This document shows, one piece after another, positions 23,032 through 34,385 of a DNA stretch of 35,624 nt. Source of the stretch: Octopus sinensis. Its lineage: Eukaryota. The position numbers were made by a program, and so were the translations under genes. Location of the stretch: assembly GCF_006345805.1 (NCBI RefSeq), contig NW_021828072.1, positions 1-35,624 of the forward strand, given 5' to 3'. How positions within the stretch are numbered: position 1 is the first letter of the stretch; each line of letters opens with the position of its first letter. Below the pieces are notes generated by a model. That model was not told the DNA's origin. It ran no database searches and saw only the letters and a program-made list of their open reading frames with translations.

Positions 23032-23267
23032 CTGAAACATAAAAGCAATCACATTAAATTGTGCGCATGCGTGCGGGCATGTGTGTGTGTGTTGATGTTT
23101 TATAACAAAAGAGCTTCGTCAGAAGATTTATTAATTATTATTTTAACAGTCATTATGAATTTTTATTATGAGAGATTTATTAGTGGTCATTGAAAGTGTT
23201 GTATGGGGAAAATAAATAGATAAAATAATTCGCCCATTCATAAACAAGATAATAATAATAATAATAA

Positions 23268-23812
23268 ACAGAGGGATTTTTAATTGCAGCACAAGACCAA
23301 AGCCTCCCCACCAGAAATTACCAAAAACATGTAATGAAAAGAAATATTACAAGTAACTGCAGAATATGTGGAGATGGACAAGAAACAATAAATCATATTA
23401 TCTCTAGCTGCCCAGTCTTGGCTAAGAAGGAATATATTCACAGACATGACAGAGTTGGAACCTACATACATTGGAAGCTATGCCAACATTATGGAGAAAC
23501 TCTCAAAATACAAAGACCTGGAAATAGAGGTAACTAGAATGTGGAATCTGAAAACAGAAACAATTCCTATCATAGTAGGTGCATTAGGCATGATAAAAAA
23601 ATATTCAGACAAATACATAACAAAAACACCAGGACTTACAAACACATATAACATACAGAAAATTGCACTACTAGGCACTGCACACATCCTACGCAGAACA
23701 CTTTCCATACAATAACCATCAGAGCATCACAACAAATCACCGCACATACCCAAGGCACACAGAGCTGCGCTCGGTAGTGAAGTGAAAGCACGCTATAAAA
23801 ATAAAACTACTG
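23268..23812 (+). mobile_element. R4/Dong-like RLE non-LTR retrotransposon 3' fragment with an internal deletion
   Basis: EGFLIAAQDQSLPTRNY, the zinc knuckle CRICGDGQETINHIISSC, RHDRVGTYIHWKLC, and EKLSKYKDLEIEVTRMW...IPIIVGALG...QKIALLGTAHILRRTL*. Flanked by (TAA)n on both sides. Confidence 0.85.
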
Positions 23813-23813
23813 A

Positions 23814-23848
<35 letters not shown>

Positions 23849-24006
23849 AATAATAATGATAATAATAATAATGATAATAATAATAATAATAACAATAATA
23901 ATAATAATAATGATAATAATAATGATAATAATAATAATGATAATAATAATAATAATGATAATGATATAATAATAATAATATAATAATAATAATGATAATA
24001 ATAATA

Positions 24007-24076
<70 letters not shown>

Positions 24077-24088
24077 TGATAATAATAA
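23813..24088. repeat. (AAT)n/(GAT) microsatellite
   Basis: About 275 bp of aataat/gataat; source of the poly-Ile ORF. Confidence 0.97.
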
Positions 24089-24563
24089 TGCCCTGATGCA
24101 GTACCAGGCAGTGGCTCTCATGGCTTCTGATCTTAACTGATTGAAAGTGTTATCATGTACATTGTTTTGTCTTGGTATAAAAGATGGGCTACAGCAAATA
24201 TTCTGCTCAATACCACAGATTTGCTTGTCAGTCGTTTGACCTTAACCAGTTGAGCATGTCCCTTAGTGGCTGACGATATGTGCATCTCTGATCACGAGCA
24301 GAAGTAGTGGGGGAGCAATGCCCTGATGCAGTACCAGGCAGTGGCTCTCATGGCTTCTGATCTTAACTGATTGGAAGTGTTATCATGTACATTGTTTTGT
24401 CTTGGTATAAAAGATAGGCTACAGTAAATATTCTGTTCAATACCACAGATTTGCTTGTCAGTTGTTTGACCTTAACCAGTTGAGCATGTCCCTTAGTGGC
24501 TGACGATATGTGCATCTCTGATCACGAGCAGAAGTAGTGGGGGAGCATCAAATGCCCTGATGC

Positions 24564-24600
<37 letters not shown>

Positions 24601-26396
24601 ATTTGGCTCAAAAGCAAATAGCAAGGCCATGTAGGGGGACATGGAGTTAAGTACAGGGTGGTGTTCATGTAAAGAGTTCAGGCCACTTGAGGTCCAGGGA
24701 GGCTTTGAACAAAGCGGTCGTCGGCATCTTCACCATCTCGTCTGGCAGCTTGTTCCACGGATCCGCAACCCGGACGGAGAAAGCTCCTCTCCTTCGATTG
24801 AGATGAAATCGTCGCAGGTAGAGCCTTTCGGAATGACCCCGCAGCCGACGCTCCGGAGCAGGAGTGAAGAACAGCTCTTTCGAGAGGTTAAACTTCCCGC
24901 TTATGATGTTGTGGGCGAGAATGTGATCACCACGGCGGCTGCGTTTTTCAAGAGAATAAAGGTCGAGCGTCCTCAGCCTTTCTTCGTAGGACAAATTTTT
25001 GAGACCATGAACGATGCGGGTAGCCAGCCTCTGGACTCTTTCGAGGTGCTGTATGTCTTTCAGGAGATAAGGAGAAGAGGCTTGAATCCCATACTCCAAT
25101 ATGGGTCTCACCAGCGTGACATAGAGTGGCAGGAATATGGCTGCTGTGAGCATTATGATTGACCGTCGAATCAAAAACAGAATTCCGCGCGCTTTGTTGG
25201 CAGCATGGACGCACTGGGCCGAAGGCGAAAAGGAGGAATCCACCAAGATACCCAGGTCCTTTACCTGATCGGTCCTCTCCAGCAGCAGACGACCCGGCTC
25301 GAAATCAAGTTGAGTTGCAGGAGTAGAGCCGACAGGCAGATGACAGCACTTTGACACGTTCAGACACAGGTCCCAATCGTTAGACCACTTCCAAATTTGG
25401 TGGAGGCATCGACGAAGATCCTCTATACTACCGCGAGGAGCGACCAGTTTGATATCGTCGGCAAATAGAAGGGTGTGTTGCGTGAGGTCGTCGGGCAAGT
25501 CATTTATGAAGACTAAGAACAACAAGGGCCCAAGCACTGAACCTTGAGGCACGCCACTGCTCGCACTGGAGACGTCGGACCGCGAGCCATTAACTTGAAC
25601 TTGGAAGGAGCGATCTGAGAGGAAGGCACCAACCCATCGTACAATATCCGGATGGAAACTATATGCTTGAAGCTTGACAAGTAGCAGGCGGTGGTTTACC
25701 GAGTCAAAAGCTTTGGCAAAGTCCAATAAAACGATGTCAACAGCATCACTATCATCGAGGATGCGCGTCACCAATTCTTCCATTATTAGTAAGTTGGTGA
25801 AGCATGATCTCTTCGGCACGAATCCGTGTTGGGAATCAGTGATCGAGGCTGTGTACCAGGCAATGGCTCTCATGGCTTCTGATCTTAACTGATTGGAAGT
25901 GTTATCATGTACATTGTTTTGTCTTGGTATAAAAGATGGGCTACAGCAAATATTCTGCTCAATACCACAGATTTGCTTGTCAGTTGTTTGACCTTAACCA
26001 GTTGAGCATGTCCCTTAGTGGCTGATGATATCTGCATCTATGATCACGAGCAGAAGTAGTGGGGGAGCATCATAGCCATGTATTGAGAGGGTTTCTTTGG
26101 GGTTTGAATAATTCACCTCTGGAAACACGGGTGTTTCGTTCAACATCCTTAAACAACCCTTATTCAGGGACCTTTCGAGTGGGATGGGCTACTCGACCTG
26201 AAGAAAATTCTAACTGGGCCCCACCTGCAAGGTCATGCGCTGTTTATTTTGATATGAGATCACCATGTCGCGCACATATGGTTGTGATGCATGTGCCTAG
26301 TGTACCCTTATCAGACGGGTAGTCATGATGGGTATACTGGGCTTCGTATATTTGTAACCCAGAGTCACTTTGATGGCATGCACTGCTCTCTCACTC
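24088..26396 (+). mobile_element. Element D (about 560-bp non-coding unit): two tandem copies of the first 230 bp, then a full copy split by a CR1 insertion
   Basis: Starts atgccctgatgcagtacc at 24088, 24318 and 24552. The third copy resumes as gtaccaggc at 25853 and ends ctctctcactc+(aat)n. Confidence 0.82.
24565..25852 (-). mobile_element. CR1-clade LINE family a, 5'-truncated, with an uninterrupted reverse transcriptase frame of about 395 aa (24665 to about 25850)
   Basis: RT motifs QHGF, DFAKAFDSV, SGVPQGSVLGPLLF, LFADD, KDLG, RPILEY and PWNKLP. (TAAC)n tail. At most a 2-bp (gt) TSD. Confidence 0.93.
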
Positions 26397-26414
26397 AATA
26401 ATAATAATAATAAT

Positions 26415-26807
26415 ATGATGAAGAAAAAAAATGCTTTCTAATTGATGTATCAATACCGGCAGATGACAACGTTACTCTAAAAGAAATGGAGAAACTCTCA
26501 AAATACAAAGACATGGAAATAGAGGTAACTAGAATGTGGAATCTGAAAACAGAAACAATTCCTATCATAGTAGGTGCATTAGGCATGATAAAAAAATATT
26601 CAGACAAATACATAACAAAAACACCAGGACTTACAAACACATATAACATACAGAAAATTGCACTACTAGGCACTGCACACATCCTACGCAGAACACTTTC
26701 CATACAATAACCATCAGAGCATCACAACAAATCACAGCACATACCCAAGGCACACAGAGCTGCGCTCGGTAGTGAAGTGAAAGCACGCTATAAAAATAAA
26801 ACTACTG
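26415..26807 (+). mobile_element. R4/Dong-like 3' fragment 2
   Basis: DEEKKCFLIDVSIPADDNVTLKEMEKLSKYKDMEIEV..., near-identical to fragment 1, between (TAA)n runs. Confidence 0.88.
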
Positions 26808-26832
26808 AATAATAATAATAATAATAATAATA

Positions 26833-27279
26833 AATCATATTGTCTCTGGTTGTCCAGTTCTGGTTATAAAGGAATATATTCACAAACACACGAGAGTTGG
26901 AACCTAGTTACGCTAAAAGCTATGCGAACACTGTGGAATAAATAACAAGAGACAAAAGATGGCACACCTCAAAAAAGATTTCAGAAAATGAGAGCTCAGA
27001 CCATATTCTGGGATATGCCAATACACACAGATTAGAGAAGTTAAGGGCAATAGGCCAGATATAGTTGTCAGAAATCACCAAGGAAAAAGAGTGCTTTCTA
27101 ATCGATGTATCAATGCCAATAGATAGCAATGTTTCTCAAGAAAAAAACGGAGAAACTTTCAAAGTTCATAGATCTGGAAATAAAGGTAACACGAACGTGG
27201 AGTCTAAAAACAGAAACAATTCCTATCATAGTAGGCGCATTAGGTAGGATAAAAAATATTCAGACAAATACATAACAAA
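26833..27279 (+). mobile_element. Older, frameshifted R4/Dong-like fragment 3, cut off by a SINE A copy
   Basis: NHIVSGCPVL..KEYIH...FWDMPIHTD...NRPDIVVR...ECFLIDVSMP, which includes the RLE PD-D motif. Confidence 0.8.
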
Positions 27280-27597
27280 GGCGCAGGGGTGGCTGTGTGG
27301 TAAGTAGCTTGCTAACCAACCACATGGTTCTGGGTTCAGTCCCACTGCGTGGCACCTTGGGCAAGTGTCTTCTGCTATAGCCTCGGGCCGACCAAAGCCT
27401 TGTGAGTGGATTTGGTAGACGGAAACTGAAAGAAGCCTGTCGTGTATATATATATATATACACCTATATATATATATAGACCTAGAATAAGTACTAAGCT
27501 TACAAAGAATAAGTCCCGGGGTCGAGTTGCTCGACTAAAGGCGGTGCTCCAGCATGGCCGCAGTCAAATGACTGAAACAAGTAAAAGAGTAAAAGAG
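27280..27597 (+). mobile_element. SINE A with the middle segment deleted
   Basis: Head, (TA)n, then directly agaataagtact...tail. Confidence 0.85.
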
Positions 27598-27767
27598 ATC
27601 ACACTGCGTCCCTTTTTACCCCCCCTCTCTCTCTCACACACACACAAACATACACACACATTTAGCGTGGCTGAAGATTTTTTCAGCTTTGACAAACAAC
27701 ATATTATTCTACCTTTGGTATTCGAGTACTAGTTTCTCCCACCTCGTTATGCGCACGTGTGTATGTG

Positions 27768-27811
<44 letters not shown>

Positions 27812-27813
<2 letters not shown>

Positions 27814-28215
27814 CGCAGGAGTGGCTGTGTGGTAAGTAGCTTGCTAACCAGCCACATGGTTCCGCGTTCAGTTCCATTGCGTGGCACCTTCGGCAAGTGT
27901 CTTCTACTATAGCCTCGGGTCGACCAATGCCTTGTGAGTGGATTTGATAGACGGAAACTGAAAGAAGCCTGTGGTATATATATATATATATATTATATAT
28001 ATATATATGTATGTGTGTGTGTTTGTATGTCTGTGTTTGTCCCCCCCAGCATTGCTTGACAACCGATGCTGGTGTGTTTACGTCCCCGTCACTTAGCGGT
28101 ACGGCAAAAAGAGACCGATAGAATAAGTACTGGGCTTACAAAGAATAAGTCCCGGTGTCGATTTGATCGATAGGCCGCAGTCAAATTACTGAAACAAGTA
28201 AAAGACTAAAAGAGT
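27812..28215 (+). mobile_element. SINE A, full length
   Basis: Family A match following (TA)n. Confidence 0.88.
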
Positions 28216-28497
28216 ATGTATGTATATATATATATATATATACATACACACATACACACATATATGTATGTATATGTATATATGTATTTCTGTACTCAGT
28301 AAATTTACATAGGTGCCCTGGAACCTCAATTTGCCTACGGTGTGTCCTCGATGTGGCGGCGCGATTTCAGCTTTTTAAATCTGCAAAATGCCAACAACGC
28401 CAGAGCAATCGATCGTTTTTCGGAAATAAATAAGAAAACGAAAGTGAAACTAGGAGAAGAATAGAACCCTGGTACTTTACATTTATCGATACCGAAA

Positions 28498-29042
28498 GGC
28501 GCAGGGGTGGCTGTGTGGTAAGTAGCTTGCTAACCAACCACACGGTTGCGGGTTCAGTCCCACTGCGTGACATCTTGGGCAAGTGTCTTCTGCTATAGCC
28601 CCGGGCTGACCAATGCCTTGTGAGTGGATTTGGTAGACGGAAACTGAAAGAAGCCTGTCGTATATATGTATATAGACTTAGGGGTGGCTGTGTGGTAAGT
28701 AGCTTGCTTACCAACCACACGGTTCCGGGTTCAGTCCAACTGCGTGGCATCTTGGGCAAGTGTCTTCTGCTATAGCCCCGGGCCGACCAATGCCTTGTGA
28801 GTGGATTTGGTAGACGGAAACTGAAAGAAGCCTGTCGTATATATGTATATATATGTATATGTGTGTGTTTGTGTGTCTGTGTTTGTCTCCCTAGCGTTGC
28901 TTGACAACCGATGCTGGTGTGTTTACGTTCCCGTTACTTAGCGGTTCGGCAAAAAGAGACCGATAGAATAAGTACTAAAAGGCGGTGCTCCAGCATGGCC
29001 GCAGTCAAATGACTGAAACAAGTAAAAGAGTAAAAGAGTAAA
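28498..29042 (+). mobile_element. SINE A with two heads
   Basis: Heads at 28498 and about 28680, one tail. Confidence 0.88.
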
Positions 29043-29268
29043 GGATTACAAGGCAAAAGCTGATCGTGGTGATTATCGAACTCAGAACACAAATACGGAA
29101 CGAATATCGATTCTGTTAATTCGCCATATTATGATCGGTAACGGAGCGGCTATCACTGTAGTTGTTTAGCTACCAATCAGTCAAATGCGACAGACCTTTG
29201 TTCAAAGAATGTTCCAGCTGTGACCATCTGATCATTTATTCAAAAATAGTCTGTCTACGAATACATTA

Positions 29269-30333
29269 TCTCTGTATATATAAACGGCAGTTTGTCTGTC
29301 TGCGTGTCTGTCAAGTTGTACCCTTACCCTGACCACGGCTTTCAACCGATTCTGATGAAACTTGAGACACACTCATAGCCCAATGTCATAATTCAAAACT
29401 AACGCAGCGAAAATTTTGTAAAGTTCCCCCAGTTCTGAAAAAAATTGATAAATTCGACATGGGGTCGAGAATCTAAGCTTCTTATATGCAACACATTTTC
29501 TGTTGTAGTTTTCGCAACTTGCAATCGATTTTTCTCTCTATATATAAACGGCAGTTTGTCTGTCTGTCTGTCTGTCAGGTTGTACCCTTACCCTGACCAC
29601 GGCTTTCAACCGATTCTGATGAAACTTGACACACACTCATAGCCCAATGTCATAATTCAAAACTAACGTAGCGAAAATTTTGAAAAGTTCCCCCAGTTCT
29701 GAAAAAAATTGATGAATTCGACATGGGGTCGAGAATCTAAGCTTCTTATATGCAACACATTTTCTGTTGTAGTTTTCGCAACTTGCAATCGATTTTCACC
29801 AAACTCATGGTGAAGCTTAATGTTACCCTAAGAAACTTAATTCTGACGTTAGTTTTCCATGCAATACCTTATCATTAGAAAAAATCGATAAAATCATGCC
29901 ATTTTGGGAAATCGCGTTCAAATTCAAGATGACATATTTTCGACAATATCTTTCACAAATTGGCAGGATTTTTTTTTTAAATTCACAGCGAGCATCATCA
30001 TGTCGGCTCCAAGGAGCTATATGGCCCTTTTTATTCCAGTAGGATACTTTATTACTGGAAAAAATCGGTCAATTAAATCATATGTGGCACACATAGCAAA
30101 CCGATTTGTGTATTAAACACAAACCACAGACTGTCTAGGGGATGCAACTCGACCTTTTTATCGCCCAAAGGGACAGCTAGGAACATCGTATACACAGAAG
30201 TATTCGAGTGAAGAGAAGACATTGCGAGTTACACATGCGCCTTCGTTCCCTAGGGGGAAAGGACTAGATTGGGATTAGTCGTTGCCTACTAGGGGCTCTT
30301 ACATACCCGGGCAACGCCGGGCTATACTGCTAG
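29269..30333 (+). mobile_element. Non-autonomous Helitron H1, complete, with its 5' 265 bp tandemly duplicated
   Basis: A|TC start, (gtct)n subterminal repeat, hairpin cccgggcaacgccggg and CTAG|T end; no TSD. Confidence 0.88.
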
Positions 30334-30487
30334 TCTAACATATAATAGTATTCGCGGCTGTAGTTTTTCGACGTTGTTCTTTAGCCCCAGGTAATCTCTT
30401 GTACAGCAAACCAAACATGTCCCAGCTGTGAACGTCACATATTTTATTCAATATTGTATATCTAGGACTCTACATTATTATAATTAA

Positions 30488-31000
30488 CTAGCAGTATCGC
30501 CCGGCGTTGCTCGGGTTTGTAAGGGAAATAACTATATAAGCATTTTTAGAGAGTTACTTCCCTTATAGATGCCAATTCGGGCTTTCTTAGCCATTTCTGT
30601 TTTGGTGTCTTCAAGCCATGAAGTCGTTGTTCTAAAAGGACGCTGGTCTCCTTGACAACGCTTTACGGCGTAGATTTCCTTACACTCCCTTCCCCACAGC
30701 TTCACGAGGGAGGGAAGAAGGGGGAGAAGCAAACAGGTGCAGGTGTGACCATGGACGCCAACTCCGCCGTCATCGGCACACGAAAAATTATGCATTAAAA
30801 TGGAATAAAAAATGATGTTAAATTATATTTAAAATCGTAGACTCATCGTAGACGCGCGCTAATACCCAGACGGTCTCGATATGAATCACGACTATAAGAT
30901 ACCCGAATTTGGTTAAACTGCACCGCAAAATGTGGGAGTAGTTAGGAATCTAAATCGAAGGGGACAGACACTCACACAACTACAGTTTTATATATATAGA
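30488..31000 (-). mobile_element. Non-autonomous Helitron H2, complete (513 bp)
   Basis: The minus strand reads A|TCtatatatataaaactgtag...cccgagcaacgccgggcgatactgCTAG|T. Confidence 0.85.
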
Positions 31001-31389
31001 TAATAATAAAGGACGTTAAGGTATATATCTTTACAAACCAAGGACGCTCTATAGAACTCCTTGACTTAAGTTAGAGAAGGGGTGCGTATTATACACAAGG
31101 TTTAGGCTTTTCGGAGGTACAGTCCCCTAAAAATCCCCTGCGTATTATAGATATTCATAGCTATTGTTAAAATACAAGTCATTCTGGATCCCAACGAACA
31201 TTTGATTACAGATACTCTAACTGTGATCCATACACTTCTTGCTTCCCACATAATGGATCTACGATCACCCCACCCAAGTTGTCCTCGTCTTCCTGGTCTC
31301 TAACCCCAAGTGGACCCATCTTGTAGACCCCTAATTAAAGAGCTTTCAATTATGGTCATTCTGTATTTTTTTAAATCAGAATGATCACA

Positions 31390-31806
31390 GGCGCAGGAGT
31401 GGCTGTGTGGTAAGTAGCTTGCTAACCAACCACATGGTTCAGGGTTCAGTCCCACTGCGTGGCATCTTGGGCAAGTGTCTTCTGCTATAGCCCCGGGCCG
31501 ACCAATGCCTTGTGAGTGGATTTGGTAGACGGAAACTGAAAGAAGCCTGTCGTATATATGTATATATATATATATATGTATGTGTTTGTGTGTGTGTGTG
31601 TTTGTCCCCCTAGCATTGCTTGACAACCGATGCTGATGTGTTTTTGTCCCAGTCACTTAGCGGTTCGGCAAAAAGAGACCGATAGAATAAGTACTGGGCT
31701 TACACAAAGAATAAGTGCCGGGGTCGAGTTGCTCGACTAAAGGCGGTGCTCCAGCATGGCCGTAGTCAAATGACTGAAAACAAGTAAAAGAGTAAAGTGT
31801 AAAGAG
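31390..31806 (+). mobile_element. SINE A, full length
   Basis: Family A match. Confidence 0.9.
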
Positions 31807-32031
31807 AGTTGAAATGCTTACTCCAGCCATGAACACACGACTTTTCACATTCACACACAGGACTACATTATTTCACGTGGCCATTTTGCGTTGTTGATTA
31901 GCACCAGATCGAACTTCATGAAGTATACCCAAATCTCGACAAAAGATATTCTATCCGCAACCAACCGATCTTTATTTTATATCTATTTCACTGATGCTAT
32001 TTTTCTTTAAAAAGTGTTTTCTCAAAGAATG

Positions 32032-32818
32032 GTTAGTTAGTTAGTTAGTTAGTTTTTTGGCTCAAAAGCAAAAAGCAAGGCCATGCAGGGGGCCATGGAG
32101 TTAAGTACAGGGTGGTGTTCATGTAAAGAGTTCAGGCCACTTGAGGTCAAGGGAGACTTTGAACCGAGCGGTCGTCGGCATCTTCACCATCTCGTCTGGC
32201 AGCTTGTTCCACGGATCCGCAACCCGGACGGAGAAAGCCCCTCTCCTTCGATTGAGATGAAATCGTCGCAGGTAGAGCTTTTCGGAATGACCCCGCAGCC
32301 GACGCTCTGGAGCAGGAGTGAAGAACAGCTCTTTCGAGAGGTTACACTTTCCGCTTATGATGTTGTGAGCGAGAATGAGATCACCACGGCGTCGTCTAGG
32401 GGGACATGGAGTTATGTACAGGGTGGTGTTCATGTAAAGAGTTCAGGCCACTTGAGGTCAAGGGAGACTTTGAACCGAGCGGTCGTCGGCATCTTCACCA
32501 TCTTGTCTGGCAGCTTGTTCCACGGATCCACAACCCGGACGGAGAAAGCTCCTCTCCTTCGATTGAGATGAAATCGTCGCAGGTAGAGATTTTCGGAATG
32601 ACCCCGCAGCCGACGCTCTGGAGCAGGAGTGAAGAACAGCTCTTTCGAGAAGTTACACTTTCGGCTTATGATGTTGTGAGCGAGAATGAGATCACCACGG
32701 CGTCGTCGTTTTTCTAGAGAATAAAGGTCGAGCGTCTTCAGCCTTTCTTCATAAGACAAATTCTTGAGACCAAGAACCATGAGGGTAGCCAGCTTCTGGA
32801 CTCTTTCGATATGCTGTA
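32032..32818 (-). mobile_element. CR1 family a 3' end, tandemly duplicated
   Basis: (TAAC)n tail. ELFFTPAPERRLRGHSE...LDLKWPELFT occurs twice, with the junction near 32395. Confidence 0.88.
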
Positions 32819-33412
32819 TAGGGGAGGGCATGGCAGTACTTTGGTTAAGTATAGGAAGTTCTTCAGAATAGGGCAGTAAAAAACAAGAGAATAAAGCCTG
32901 CAGTAAAAGCATCATTTGCGCTCGCACGTGCGTAATAAGATTCCTTCCCAACTTCGTGTTTCGGTTTCAGCATGGGAAAGTGTTTTCTAGACTGACCAAA
33001 GCCTTGTGAGCGGATTTGGTAGATGGAAACTGAAAGAAGCCTGACATATATATATATATATATATAAAAGGTGCAGAAATGGAGTACTCCGAATGAATAA
33101 GGTAAGTTAATCCAATGATAGAGAGACATCCATGAATCAGGTACTCCAAAACAGTCGGAAGGATGGTTGTCCTATGTGTGTGTGCGTGTGTGTGTGCGCG
33201 TGTGTGTGCGTGTGCGTGTATGTGTGTGTGCGTGTGTGTGTGTGTGTGCGCGTGTGTGTGTGCGTGTGTGTGTGTGTGCGTGTATTCATATGTACTATGA
33301 ATGTGTGTGTGGGTGAGTGTGGCACTGAACCTCTCAAAACAAGACACCAATACCTAAGTGTTATGTAACGTTAATAAGATTTAGCTATGAAAATATAACA
33401 ACCAAAATTAAT

Positions 33413-34006
33413 ACTCTTTACTCTTTTACTTGTTTCAGTCATTTGACTGCGGCCATGCTGGAGCACTGCCTTTAATCGAGCAACTCGACCCCGAGACTTA
33501 TTCTTTTGTAAGCCCAGTACTTATTCTATCGGTCTCTTTTGCCGAACTGCTAAGTGACGGGGACATAAACACACTAGCATCGGTTGTCAAGCAATGCTAG
33601 GGGGACAAACACAGACACAAACACACACACGCATATATATATATATATACATATATATGACGGGCTTCTTTTCAGTTTCCGTCTACCAAATCTACTCACA
33701 AGGCTTTGGTCGGCCCGAGGCTATAGTAGAAGACACTTGCCCAAGGTGCCACACAGTGGGATTGAACCCGGAACTATGTGGTTGGTAAACAAGCTACTTA
33801 CCACACAGCCACTCCTGCGCCTATATATATATATATATACATATATAAAATGGGCTTCTTTCAGTTTCCGTCTACCAAATCCACTCACAAGGCTTTGGTC
33901 GGCCCGAGGCTATAGTAGAAGACACTTGCCCAAGGTGCCACACAGTGGGATTGAACCCGGAACCATGTGGTTGGTAACAAGCTACTTACCACACAGCCAC
34001 TCCTGC
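33413..34006 (-). mobile_element. SINE A with two heads
   Basis: Reverse-strand family A match. Confidence 0.88.
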
Positions 34007-34385
34007 AAGCAATTTCCACAAACCAAGAATTCATATAACAAAAAAAAAACTTTACTTAAAAGAAGGTCAACTCAGAATATCGAGACTACGATATAAAATC
34101 TAGAAACAAGCATGTTTTTAAAGTATTCCCATCATCAGTTGCCAAACTGATAACACTATGGTTTCGACATCTCGGCAATACCATTCAATCCGACTGTCTC
34201 AGCAGCGTTAAGAACACAAACGCTGCCTGGTTATCAATATTAATCAGTAGTAGCGAAACCTGATCGTATTATGTACATTATGTCAACACCTGCTTTTTTA
34301 CCACAAGTAACAACATCAAAGTAGAAAATTAGCATGTACGTAGTTGCAAAACTGTACTTTTTTTTCCTAAAAAGAAAAAAACTTA

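Noticed and set aside
23807-24121. Poly-Leu/poly-Ile ORF resembling a signal or membrane peptide
   Set aside because: It is the reverse translation of the (AAT)n tract.
24641-25162. 173-aa plus-strand ORF (also 32083-32571 and 21040-21501)
   Set aside because: These are antisense shadows of CR1 RT frames.
31075-31155. ggggtgcgtattatacac / cccctgcgtattata motifs reminiscent of a Tc1/pogo-type MITE
   Set aside because: No paired TIRs or TSD could be established.
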